Part shown: positions 36,204 to 45,645 of the stretch, piece after piece
Numbering within the stretch: position 1 is the first letter of the stretch
Layout of the letters: the number at the start of each line of letters is the position of its first letter
Source: Candidatus Bathyarchaeota archaeon
GTDB taxonomy: Archaea; Thermoproteota; Bathyarchaeia; 40CM-2-53-6
Assembly: GCA_963733055.1 (NCBI GenBank)
Contig: CAVTBR010000001.1
Coordinates: forward strand, 96,001-160,000
DNA length: 64,000 bases
Direction: 5' to 3'
Program-made: the position numbers and the translations under genes
Notes under the pieces: generated by a model
Databases searched by the model: none
The model's input: only the letters and a program-made list of their open reading frames with translations
Told to the model about the DNA's origin: nothing

Positions 36204-36962
36204 CTAGAACATGGCCTCGCCGCCATTGATATGTATCGTCTGACCGGTTATGAAACTCGCCTTCTCTGAAGCGAGAAAGACTGCGACGTATCCAATTTCT
36301 TTAGGTTGTCCCATCCTGCCTAACGGAATTTCCTCCAAGGCTTTCTTTCGCTCTTCGCCCACTGTTCCTGAGGTCATATCTGTTTCAAACCATCCAGGCG
36401 CGATCGTATTGACTGTGATGTTGTAAGGCGCGAACTCTAATGCCAAGGACTTTGTGAGTCCAAGCAACGCGGCCTTAGATGTTCCGTAGTGAGCCTCATG
36501 GTCGGTTCCGATAAACGCGTCGCTTGAGGAGATGTTGATTACTCTACCCCACTTTTTGATCCTCATCTCAGGGGTGAACGCCTTTGTGCAAAGGAATACG
36601 CCATCGACGTTTACAGCCATGATACGTCTCCATTCATCATCGTCAATTTCCCAAAATTTGAGATGATGGTGAATTCCAGCATTGTTGACTAGAATGTCTA
36701 CGCCCCTCTTGTATTGGGACATAATGGTTTGCCGCATCGCGAGAACCTCTTTGTGATTCGAGACATCGGCTCTAACAATCAAGCTGCGTCGTCCTAGCGC
36801 TTCGATGTCGCGTGCGACCTCAGCGGCTTTCTCCTTCTGGGTCGCGTAGTTCACTACCACATCAGCCCCTTCCCGTGCCAACTCCAAAGCGATTCCCCTT
36901 CCGATCCCTCTCGAAGCTCCGGTAATGAGCGCTAGTTTCTCCGAGAGAGACATTAGCGTCAA
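36204..36962 (-). CDS. Short-chain dehydrogenase (FabG-like)
   Basis: TGASRGIG, NNAGI, YGTSK, ITGQTIHINGG. Confidence 0.93.
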   Translation of the reverse strand: MTLMSLSEKLALITGASRGIGRGIALELAREGADVVVNYATQKEKAAEVARDIEALGRRSLIVRADVSNHKEVLAMRQTIMSQYKRGVDILVNNAGIHHHLKFWEIDDDEWRRIMAVNVDGVFLCTKAFTPEMRIKKWGRVINISSSDAFIGTDHEAHYGTSKAALLGLTKSLALEFAPYNITVNTIAPGWFETDMTSGTVGEERKKALEEIPLGRMGQPKEIGYVAVFLASEKASFITGQTIHINGGEAMF

Positions 36963-37022
36963 CTCAGGTCGAAAATTTTACTGGGATGAGGCGGGAGACA
37001 ACATTCGTTTCATGGTCATGAG

Positions 37023-38348
37023 TCAGGACTTGAAATGTGCGACGGCATCCTTAACGCCGCGAAGGAACATGCCAATTTCCTCGACCGTGTTGAAGTGGAC
37101 TGGACTTGCACGGATCGCAATTGATTTTCCATACGTATTGAGGGTTTTGGAATAGAAGCCCCCGTGGTTTTCGGCTAGTACGGCTATCGCATGTTTTTCC
37201 CAAAGGAATTTGGCGACCTCCAGGGGGTTAGCGCCAACGATATTGAATGTGAAGGTTGGGACGCGGGCGTGAGCTTGTGCCAAGTCGGTTATTCCATAGA
37301 TTTCGACGTCAGGAATATTGCATAGTCCTTCAGCGCCTGAGGTACCTCTCAACATGGCAATTGACAAGGCATACTCGTAACTCTCAATCCAAGTGAGTGC
37401 CGCTTTCAAGAGGCGACCGCGACCTGCGTAATCGCCGATTCTTTCTCTTACTTGCGGCTCGACTCTGCTCCCCAACCAGGCGAGGTATTCCATGACTGCG
37501 CTTATCGAGGCGAAGAGTGATTGATCGCGGGTGCCCATCTCCCAGTTCGCGGGTGGGTCCTCCGGCGCGGGCACAACCTTGTACGGCTTAAGGGACCTGA
37601 GAAGTTCCTCGCGTCCGTACATGAAGCTGCCCCGTCTACTGAAGAGTTTGTACGCAGAGAAAACTACGAAATCGAAGGGTGTCTTTTGAATGTCCAGTGG
37701 AGTATGGGCAACGGTGTGCACTGCGTCTAGGACGGTGTAGGCGGACGCCCCTTTCGCGACCTGCAAGACCTGATCTAGAGGCGTCTTTGAGCCAAGAACA
37801 TTGGAGGCTCCAGCCACCGAAATTACTCTTGTATTCTCATCGACGAGGCTTTCGAGATGAGACAAGTCCAGCATTGCGGTTTTAGGGTTGAATCTTGCGA
37901 ACCTTACCTCCTTAACGAGACCTCGGCGTTTGAGTTCTAGCCATGGGCTTATGTTCGCATAATGCTCGTAATCGGTCGTAACTATGTTCTCTTTTCCTGA
38001 CAGTTCCTTCCCGATTGCGTAACTGAGTTGGAAGATTAGGCTGGTCGCTGATTCGCCGGAGACGATGCAGTTGGAGTTAGGTGCGTTCAGAAGATCGCTG
38101 ACCGCTTGTCTTCCTTCAGATATCACTTCTTCGTTTCTCTTGGATTCCCATGAAGGGCCATCAACATTTGCCGAACAGTCTATTCGCGCTTTTGCCTCGG
38201 CATCCACAGCACGTTTCAAAACCAGCGAACCGGCGGCGTTCTCGAAGAAGACTCTGCGTCTTCCATTCGCATCAGTGTCGGCTCGAGGAAACTCCTTCCG
38301 TATCAGCCGTAGGAGTTCGGATTGGCTTTCAATGCTCTGCAGAATCAA
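37023..38348 (-). CDS. Class V PLP enzyme, cysteine-desulfurase-like
   Basis: FFENAAGS, EHYANISPW, ASNVLG, DAVH, FSAYK; lacks the RxGxxC catalytic Cys of SufS/IscS. Confidence 0.85.
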   Translation of the reverse strand: MILQSIESQSELLRLIRKEFPRADTDANGRRRVFFENAAGSLVLKRAVDAEAKARIDCSANVDGPSWESKRNEEVISEGRQAVSDLLNAPNSNCIVSGESATSLIFQLSYAIGKELSGKENIVTTDYEHYANISPWLELKRRGLVKEVRFARFNPKTAMLDLSHLESLVDENTRVISVAGASNVLGSKTPLDQVLQVAKGASAYTVLDAVHTVAHTPLDIQKTPFDFVVFSAYKLFSRRGSFMYGREELLRSLKPYKVVPAPEDPPANWEMGTRDQSLFASISAVMEYLAWLGSRVEPQVRERIGDYAGRGRLLKAALTWIESYEYALSIAMLRGTSGAEGLCNIPDVEIYGITDLAQAHARVPTFTFNIVGANPLEVAKFLWEKHAIAVLAENHGGFYSKTLNTYGKSIAIRASPVHFNTVEEIGMFLRGVKDAVAHFKS

Positions 38349-38455
38349 CGGTATATCGCGTCAGACACACCTAGCTCACTATAATCAGTTCCGGCAAATT
38401 CCTAACCGCTGTAACGAGTTTTGATGGCCCAAGTATCCCAGAAAGGTCGAGCATG

Positions 38456-39214
38456 CTACTCTGCCATATCGTCGGGCAACTTGTACCAGGGAACTTTTTC
38501 TCCGACCCTTGCACGCGCTTTCCAACCCATGCTCTTCGGTTCTTGTTCGATCATGTCGGAAATTCGCTTCATTCGTCCTCTCACAAGTTCTTTGTCGGCA
38601 GATGTCAACTCAAACCGCTCAAGCATGGAGGCGGTCTTGTCGAGAACGAGTGTGAAGGTCTTATACATTCCCCAATCCTTTGAACAAAGCTCCGCTAATC
38701 GCTTCCCGTTGATAGCCACGGGTTTGTCTGAATCCGCGACTTCGTGGTCCAGCAACATTGCCGTGATATCTTTGAAGTCTTTCTCGTTGGTTTTGAAGAT
38801 CTGTAATTTTGTCGCTAGGAGGTCTGCCATGGTCAGGGTTAATGGGTCTAGCGTTAATCTGTCTCTGAGGTCGATCTTGTGGCACATTTCGAAGTAGTCT
38901 AGGAATAGGTCGACTCTTCGCTTATTTGGCAGGTCGAAGAACATTAACCGAGTTGCACTGCGTAAGGCGTTGAAAATCTCGTTTGGGGAATAACCAAGCT
39001 TTGTAAATAATTCTCGAATCTTACGAGACTCCTTTCTGTACCCGACTAGGTCTATGTCCGGATACTTTCTTGAAACACTAGGCCTCTTTGCGCTCGGGCA
39101 TCTGAAGCCAATCGCCGTGCCTCCGAGCAAGCGCAGAGTGATCCCGTTATCTGCGGCGGTTGAGATAAGTCTGTTAGCTTCTCTCAAGATGTCGGATTCG
39201 GTTGTTACAGCCAA
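38456..39214 (-). CDS. Uncharacterised nucleotidyltransferase-fold protein
   Basis: LRLLGGTAIG...RKYPDIDL...VDLF...LLATKLQI...NEKDFKD (Pol-beta-like GG...DxD). Confidence 0.7.
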   Translation of the reverse strand: MAVTTESDILREANRLISTAADNGITLRLLGGTAIGFRCPSAKRPSVSRKYPDIDLVGYRKESRKIRELFTKLGYSPNEIFNALRSATRLMFFDLPNKRRVDLFLDYFEMCHKIDLRDRLTLDPLTLTMADLLATKLQIFKTNEKDFKDITAMLLDHEVADSDKPVAINGKRLAELCSKDWGMYKTFTLVLDKTASMLERFELTSADKELVRGRMKRISDMIEQEPKSMGWKARARVGEKVPWYKLPDDMAE

Positions 39215-39274
39215 GGCTAATCAGATCAATAAAAAAGAGAGGAGGGGAGTTGCGCTTAAGGTCTTTGACAGGGT

Positions 39275-40888
39275 CTAGGGTGGTGGAATCTCGCCGTAGA
39301 TCTGCGTTATTTTGATGCCGCGTTTCTCGTTCTTGGCGACGAAGATGATGAAGACTAGGACGCCGACTGCCATCCAGAGGACTGAAACGTTCCATGCGAG
39401 CAGTGAGATTCCTACTGTGCTGAGTGCCAGTATCCAGAACATGCCGACTACGCCAGCGGCACCGATTAGGCTCATTACTGGAATGCCGAACAACTTAGTC
39501 TTCATGCCTTTCTCCCAGATGTCAGGCCGTTTGAATGGGAGTACTGTGGCGGTGAATGCGACGATCAAGTAGGCGAAGGCGTACCAGAACGAGCTGTTGG
39601 CTGCAGCCGCAAGGAAGCCGTAGGAGGTTAGGGTTAGGAGTGCCACGATTATTCCGCCTATCATGCATGCGATGGTTGCTGGGACTGGCGTGTGCATTCT
39701 CTCGGACACTTTGCCGAATACCGCCGGGAACATTCGATCGAATGACATTCCGAACATGCACCTAGTTCCGGCCAGGTAAGTTACGATCACTGATGTGATA
39801 GGGTAAAACCACCAGGCCGCAAAAAATAGAACAATAGTCGAACCGGCTAAACTCGCTGAGAACAGAGGCATCGATGGAAGCAACATGTACGGAGCAACGT
39901 GTGCAGCGTCCGTCGCATTTAGTGTCCCGGCGCTATAGAGGTTGTAGACGTAGTTATACTGGAGTATGAAGCCGCCGTAGGCGTTGTAGGCCAGCCAAGT
40001 TACGAGACTGTACCATATTACGGTGCCAATCATGCCCGCCGTGAAGAAGTACATGAATGAGGAACGAGGATTCCTCAATTCTCCACCAACGTAGGCGTTG
40101 ACTTCGTAGCCTGTTAGTGCCCAGAAAATGTACGCAACAATCGCAAGGGTGTCGTTCCATGAGCCCGCCGAGACCCTTGAGACATACCCGGCCAGATTGT
40201 ATTTCGTGGCAAGGCTAGCTATCATCTCGAACGCGCCCGGACCCCACACGTGGTCCCATGCAGCGGGGACGGAACCTGGATTGTTTGTAGCGAAGAGTAT
40301 GGCCGATACGATTAAGCCGAGGGTGTTAAGGCCCCAGATCACCATCATGATCTTCATGTAATGTTTGATTTCGATCATAGCCAGCAATCCGAGGATGATG
40401 ATGATTAGAATGGTGAACTCCACTTGTGGTAGGGTACTGCTGAGCCACGAGCCGAACGAAGTGAGTGCAGGCATGTTGAAGGCGTTACCCCACATTGTAA
40501 ATATGGTTGAGCTTACTGCTCCCATAACGGATGCGACGAGGCCGATTGAGAATATTTGCGCTAACCAGTAAATCCATCCCGTCCCAATCCACCCTACGAA
40601 TGGGTCGACAAAACGGGATCCCCACACGTACGCACCCGCTGCTCTTGGAGTTGTAACGCCAAGCAATGCAAATGTGAAGACGCTGATGATTGTTGGTATG
40701 CCTACTAGTAGGAAAGCGCCGGGTACGCTTCCCATGGGATAGTTGTAGATGACTTCAATCGCGTAGAGCGTTATTCCACTGCCAGCCATAGAGGCCCACG
40801 GTAGCACGAATGAACCGACAGGTCCGATTTCCTTGACGAGCCCTGTAGATTTGCGCAGAAAAAGTTCTACTTTGAATTCTTCGGTCAA
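39275..40888 (-). CDS. APC-family amino acid permease
   Basis: FLRKSTGLVKE, PRAAGAYVWGSR, GGELRNP, RCMFGMSFDR; about 14 hydrophobic segments. Confidence 0.92.
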   Translation of the reverse strand: MTEEFKVELFLRKSTGLVKEIGPVGSFVLPWASMAGSGITLYAIEVIYNYPMGSVPGAFLLVGIPTIISVFTFALLGVTTPRAAGAYVWGSRFVDPFVGWIGTGWIYWLAQIFSIGLVASVMGAVSSTIFTMWGNAFNMPALTSFGSWLSSTLPQVEFTILIIIILGLLAMIEIKHYMKIMMVIWGLNTLGLIVSAILFATNNPGSVPAAWDHVWGPGAFEMIASLATKYNLAGYVSRVSAGSWNDTLAIVAYIFWALTGYEVNAYVGGELRNPRSSFMYFFTAGMIGTVIWYSLVTWLAYNAYGGFILQYNYVYNLYSAGTLNATDAAHVAPYMLLPSMPLFSASLAGSTIVLFFAAWWFYPITSVIVTYLAGTRCMFGMSFDRMFPAVFGKVSERMHTPVPATIACMIGGIIVALLTLTSYGFLAAAANSSFWYAFAYLIVAFTATVLPFKRPDIWEKGMKTKLFGIPVMSLIGAAGVVGMFWILALSTVGISLLAWNVSVLWMAVGVLVFIIFVAKNEKRGIKITQIYGEIPPP

Positions 40889-41095
40889 AGCAATTGACCG
40901 GAGGGAGGGTACAAGATAGTACGTTTATTAAACTAACTATGCTGGACCGGTCAAATATTACGACGGAAGAGCAACTATAGAGAATAACTGCGACTACTTA
41001 CCGCCTTGTTAGTTCTCGTGAAAGGCAAATTTGAAGCTTCATGCTTAACCGATTCATTTAACTTCAATTCGCCTACTACCCGAAACCGACGCGAT

Positions 41096-42043
41096 TTGTC
41101 TGAAACCAAGATTCTCTTCGCCACCGATCTTCACGGCGGAGATACATACTTTCTGAAGGTCCTGTCCCTAGCGAACAGTTCCAAAGTCAATATAGTGATG
41201 ATGTGCGGCGATCTTACAGGAAAGGCGATTGTGCCAATCGTTAAACTAAATGACGACCTATTCGTCACGAATTTCTTTAACACAGACTATCGGTTGAAAA
41301 AAGAAGAACTGCCGAAGATGGAGAAGGATATTCGGCAGGTTGGCTACTACTATTATCATTGCAGCAGAACCGAGTATGAGGAGTTCAAGAGTAAACCGGA
41401 TCGGCTAACAGAGTTATTCGATAAGCTGATGCAGCAAACAATCGAAAACTGGCTGATCAAGATCGACGAAATCCTCCCGAAGGACGTTCGTGTTTTGATG
41501 AACCCTGGCAACGACGACACATTCGCCATCGACGAAGTATTGAAGAAGTCTAACCGTGTTGAGTACACTCTGGAAAAGTGCGTCGAATTAGACGATAAGC
41601 ACTCGCTTGTAGCGTGTGATTGGGTCAACCCAACACCTTGGGACTCCCCGCGCGAGTGCAGTGAGCGTGAGTTGGAGAAACGTTTACGGACTGAACTTGG
41701 GCGGGCGTCTTCGATGGCGAACGTGGTTTGTGACTTTCATACGCCTGGGTACAATACCCCGCTGGACCTTGCACCACGACTTGGCAAAGACCTACGACCG
41801 AAGTACTTCATGGGCCAACCCATAATGGACCATGTCGGGAGCACCGCGGTTAGAAAAGTTCTAGAGGAGTTTCAACCGAAACTTGCCTTGCATGGACACA
41901 TCCATGAGTCACCTGGAGTTTGTAATATCAAGAGAACAACCTGCATAAACCCGGGTTCTGAGTATGTCGAAGGAATAATGCACGGCTGCTTCGTTACATT
42001 AAAACCGGAGGGTCTTGAACACCAACTAATATCCGGCGGTTAA
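41096..42043 (+). CDS. Calcineurin-like metallophosphoesterase
   Basis: ATDLHG, GDLTGK, PGNDD, FHTP, HGHIHES, NPGSEY; start reassigned to TTG 41096. Confidence 0.9.
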   Translation: MSETKILFATDLHGGDTYFLKVLSLANSSKVNIVMMCGDLTGKAIVPIVKLNDDLFVTNFFNTDYRLKKEELPKMEKDIRQVGYYYYHCSRTEYEEFKSKPDRLTELFDKLMQQTIENWLIKIDEILPKDVRVLMNPGNDDTFAIDEVLKKSNRVEYTLEKCVELDDKHSLVACDWVNPTPWDSPRECSERELEKRLRTELGRASSMANVVCDFHTPGYNTPLDLAPRLGKDLRPKYFMGQPIMDHVGSTAVRKVLEEFQPKLALHGHIHESPGVCNIKRTTCINPGSEYVEGIMHGCFVTLKPEGLEHQLISGG

Positions 42044-42140
42044 GGAAGAGCGAACCAAGACCTATGAGCGAACTTTCGTCAACTTCATTTGAACTTAATC
42101 CTGATATGGATTGGCCGGACAAGTTACGTCCGCTACATTA

Positions 42141-43262
42141 TCAGAACAAGCACTGGCCATAATTAGGCCAGACGACTTCAACAACGCCATCCCTAATTCC
42201 ATAGTAACACGGATGAAGCTTTGCAGTCGTATCAGAATGCGCCGGGATAACCTCAAACGCATCGCCCACCTTTACATCATCTCTCGGTTGGTCAAATACG
42301 ACTAGTGCGAGCTCCTCACGTTCTGTTACACTTTCGACGCCATCTAGATCCTTGAAAAACGACCCTACTACCTTGTGATAATCCTCGCCGCACTCGTCTG
42401 AAGAGGAGTTCATTCCGAAATCAAACATCGCTTCGCCGGGTTTCGGTCTGCTGATGCATCTTGTCAGAACCGTGAGAGCGCAATCGAAGGCGTCGATCCC
42501 TTCAATGTGATTATGAGAGCACCAATCACTGAAAACGTAGCTACCCGCCTGTACCAGAACATCCTTCAGGCTATGCTCCGGGGTGATATTCCAAGTGCAG
42601 GTATAACCTGCGCTAAGAAATCGAACCTCGGTACCCGCATCTTCGATCTCATCCTTTATTCTCGACATTTCATCAAGCGTTTTGAAATGTACGATTTTTC
42701 TCTCAGCAAACTTGAGGATGCTGGACTCTTGACCGTGGTGCCAGAAGCCTTCGAATTGGACGCCCCGATATGCGCTCAACTCCTTCACGAAGTCTTTCAT
42801 CTTTGAGAATTCGACGCCGCAACTCGACCTTCCTGCGTATAATTCTGGCGCTACCTTGATCACCGTCTTGTTTTCAAGTGCCGTCTCAGAAAGTTGACGT
42901 ACGTTTTCGAGATTATCCACGCTAACTGTTATGTTGGCTTGCCTAGCCAATCCACACAGTTTGTCTATCTTTCTCTTTCCGTAAATTTCAGAGGTGATGA
43001 ATATGTTATCGATTCCTGATTGAACGTAGTATTCAGCCAGTCCTAGAGAGGTCATGGATACGCCTCTGGCCCCTCCCTCTAACTGCTTCTTCGCCACTAT
43101 GGGCAACCGGTGACCTTTCTGGTGAGGGATTATCCCCGCGTTCTTCCTCCCCCTATAATATTCACTCATCGTCCGTATGTTCTTCTCTAACGCGTCGAGG
43201 TCGATTAACAGGGCTGGGGTGATTAGCTCCTCCTTTCTCAATCCAACATAGTCGACCAACAT
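42141..43262 (-). CDS. Fold-type III PLP enzyme (D-threonine aldolase / D-serine dehydratase family)
   Basis: TPALLIDLD, PHQKGH PLP-Lys, AGSYVFSD, CALTVLTRCISRP, IPAH. Confidence 0.85.
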   Translation of the reverse strand: MLVDYVGLRKEELITPALLIDLDALEKNIRTMSEYYRGRKNAGIIPHQKGHRLPIVAKKQLEGGARGVSMTSLGLAEYYVQSGIDNIFITSEIYGKRKIDKLCGLARQANITVSVDNLENVRQLSETALENKTVIKVAPELYAGRSSCGVEFSKMKDFVKELSAYRGVQFEGFWHHGQESSILKFAERKIVHFKTLDEMSRIKDEIEDAGTEVRFLSAGYTCTWNITPEHSLKDVLVQAGSYVFSDWCSHNHIEGIDAFDCALTVLTRCISRPKPGEAMFDFGMNSSSDECGEDYHKVVGSFFKDLDGVESVTEREELALVVFDQPRDDVKVGDAFEVIPAHSDTTAKLHPCYYGIRDGVVEVVWPNYGQCLF

Positions 43263-43290
43263 ACTGCCATCCTTACCGTGTTGCAGCTGT

Positions 43291-44268
43291 TCACTTTTCT
43301 GATGTCAATATCCCTTGGAAAACCGCGTCGTCTATGTTTCCACCAGTGATTACTGCGACCGTTTGTTTTCCAGCGAAGCGTTTTGGTGTTTCAACAATTG
43401 GCGCTATGGAAATTGCTCCTGAAGCTTCGACGACTTGCCGCTCCTTCTCCCAGAGGAGCCTTATCATTCTCCTAATCGTGTCCTCATTGAAGAGCAGGAT
43501 TTCATTCACGTATCTTTGGACCAGTTCGAATGTTATGCAGCCTTGTTCGATGTTGCCATCCAAGCCATCAGCTATAGTATGCTTCATTTCCATGTTAATG
43601 ATCTTCCCCGCCTTCAAACAGTAGTACATAGCTGCAACATTCTCTGGTTGTGCTCCCAAGATTTCGATGCCCGGTTTGATACTCTTGGCTGCGACCGCAA
43701 CGCCCGACAATACACTTCCTCCACTTACGGGCACGATGATTGAATCAACGGTGGGTAAGTCCTCAAGGATTTCGAGTCCGACAGTCCCCTGTCCCGCTAC
43801 AACAAATGGATCATTGTATGATGAGATGAACGTTGCGCCCCTTTCTTTGGCTAACTTGTGAGCATACAGCTCAGCATAATCGTACTTTTCCCCATGCAGG
43901 ATCAATTCGACCTTGTGTTTTCCGATTTTCTCGACCTTTATTCTTGGAGTGGTCTCAGGGACGACTACTGTCGCAGTCAAATTGAGTTTCTCTGCGCCTA
44001 CAGCTACCGCTTGAGCGTGGTTGCCCGAAGAAGCGGCTACAACGCCGCGTGCCTTTTCCTCAGATGTGAGGTTCATCATCCGGTTGAGCGCGCCTCTGAT
44101 CTTGAAAGCGTTGGTTACTTGCAGGTTCTCGAGTTTGAGATAGACATCCGAACCGCATAGGCCCGAGAGATACTTAGAACGCACTAAGGGAGTCTTGTTT
44201 ATCTCATTTCGAATCAGTTTTCTTGCATCCTGAATTTCGCGTAGACCAATCATAATGAAACCACTCAC
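43291..44268 (-). CDS. Threonine/serine dehydratase (catabolic type, no ACT domain)
   Basis: KLENLQVTNAFKIRGA, ASSGNHAQ, AGQGT, TIADG, TGGNID. Confidence 0.93.
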   Translation of the reverse strand: MSGFIMIGLREIQDARKLIRNEINKTPLVRSKYLSGLCGSDVYLKLENLQVTNAFKIRGALNRMMNLTSEEKARGVVAASSGNHAQAVAVGAEKLNLTATVVVPETTPRIKVEKIGKHKVELILHGEKYDYAELYAHKLAKERGATFISSYNDPFVVAGQGTVGLEILEDLPTVDSIIVPVSGGSVLSGVAVAAKSIKPGIEILGAQPENVAAMYYCLKAGKIINMEMKHTIADGLDGNIEQGCITFELVQRYVNEILLFNEDTIRRMIRLLWEKERQVVEASGAISIAPIVETPKRFAGKQTVAVITGGNIDDAVFQGILTSEK

Positions 44269-44536
44269 CGAATCTTACGGCACGCGCTTTGCCTGAACCG
44301 CGCCAGATACTAAACTGTTAGCCGAACAAACCATCTTTGGTTTTCTTTGTCGAACGTCCAACGAGACAAGACCGATCAGGATGCTTCTGCTTTCTGAAAA
44401 TCTCACTATGACCTGGTTCGCCGGAATCCTTCGAACGCCATCATGAAGCATTCTCGTTGGTAAGTGTGCTCCAACGGTAAGAATCGTTATGCTTTAAGCG
44501 GCTACTTCATCAATCGACCATCAAAGGTGGTTACCC

Positions 44537-45610
44537 ACGCCCACTATCACAAGCCGGCAACTAACACTCATTTCCCAGAAACTTTTGAAAGCGGCAGGCG
44601 CTTCGGACGAAGAGGCGGAGGTCGTCACTAGGTTTCTCGTCAACGCGAATTTGGCAGGAGTTGATTCACATGGTGTTGCTCCGAACCTGGTTATTTACCT
44701 TCAAGGTATCCGAAGCGGCACCATCAAGCTACGAGCAAAGATTGAGGTTAAAGCGGACAGCCCCTCCACCGCGCTTATTGATGGAAATTGGGGCTTCGGT
44801 CAAATGGCTTGTTCAAAGGCGATGGAGGTTGCTATCGACAAGGCGGGTAAAACCGGGGTCGGGGCGGTTGGCGTTTTCGATTGCAATCACATAGGAAGAC
44901 TGGCGGAGTACAGCCAAATTGCAGCCAATAACGGCATGATAGGCTTCATCACTGCCAACTGCGAACCCTACGTCGCACCATTTGGAGGTAGAACGCCGGT
45001 TTTGGGCACAAACCCGATCTCTTACGCCATACCAGCGGGACAGGAGAAGACCCTCGTTGTCGATTACGCGACCAGTGCCGCAGCAGAAGGGAAAGTCCGG
45101 GCAGTTCTCCTCAAGGGGGAACAATTGCCATCTGGGTGGATCGTTGACTCTCACGGTCACCCCTCCACAAACCCCGCCGACCTCTACGAACCGCCCCTTC
45201 CTCCTGAGCGGATCAAATTGGCGGGCGCCTTGCTGCCATTTGGAGGTTACAAGGGGTATGGTCTAGGTTTGATGGTTGACATGTTGGCTGGCCTCCTTAC
45301 GGGAGCGGGCAGCAGTCAAGATATGACGTCGGGATGGTTGACAAATGGAGTATTCATGATGGCCCTGAAGATCGACAACTTCGTTCCGTTAGAGCAGTTC
45401 AAGCATCAAGCCGACAAGCTTGTAAAATCCGTTAAGAATTCCCCGAAAGCTGAAGGCTTCAAGGAAATTCTGATCCCGGGTGAACCGGAAAGTAACGAGC
45501 GAGAAAGAAGATTAAGAGACGGCATACCGATTTCTGAGAAGGCCTGGCATCCCCTAATGCAGGCTTGCAAAGAGCACGGAGTCGATGTTGAGAGCATTAT
45601 GCGAGTTTGA
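44537..45610 (+). CDS. Ldh_2 family 2-hydroxyacid dehydrogenase (ComC/AllD/YiaK-like), apparent ACG start
   Basis: GVDSHG, NHIGRL, GTNPIS, DYATS, GGYKGYGL, IPGEPE; N-terminal helix TPTITSRQLTLISQKLL begins at ACG 44537 after SD AGGTGG. Confidence 0.88.
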   Translation, partial: TPTITSRQLTLISQKLLKAAGASDEEAEVVTRFLVNANLAGVDSHGVAPNLVIYLQGIRSGTIKLRAKIEVKADSPSTALIDGNWGFGQMACSKAMEVAIDKAGKTGVGAVGVFDCNHIGRLAEYSQIAANNGMIGFITANCEPYVAPFGGRTPVLGTNPISYAIPAGQEKTLVVDYATSAAAEGKVRAVLLKGEQLPSGWIVDSHGHPSTNPADLYEPPLPPERIKLAGALLPFGGYKGYGLGLMVDMLAGLLTGAGSSQDMTSGWLTNGVFMMALKIDNFVPLEQFKHQADKLVKSVKNSPKAEGFKEILIPGEPESNERERRLRDGIPISEKAWHPLMQACKEHGVDVESIMRV

Positions 45611-45645
45611 TTTTAATTCTCTCGATTCGGAACCGACGGGCGCAG

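Noticed and set aside
38456-39214. AbiEii/type IV toxin-antitoxin call for the NTase
   Set aside because: No adjacent AbiEi-like antitoxin, and the context is a metabolic operon.
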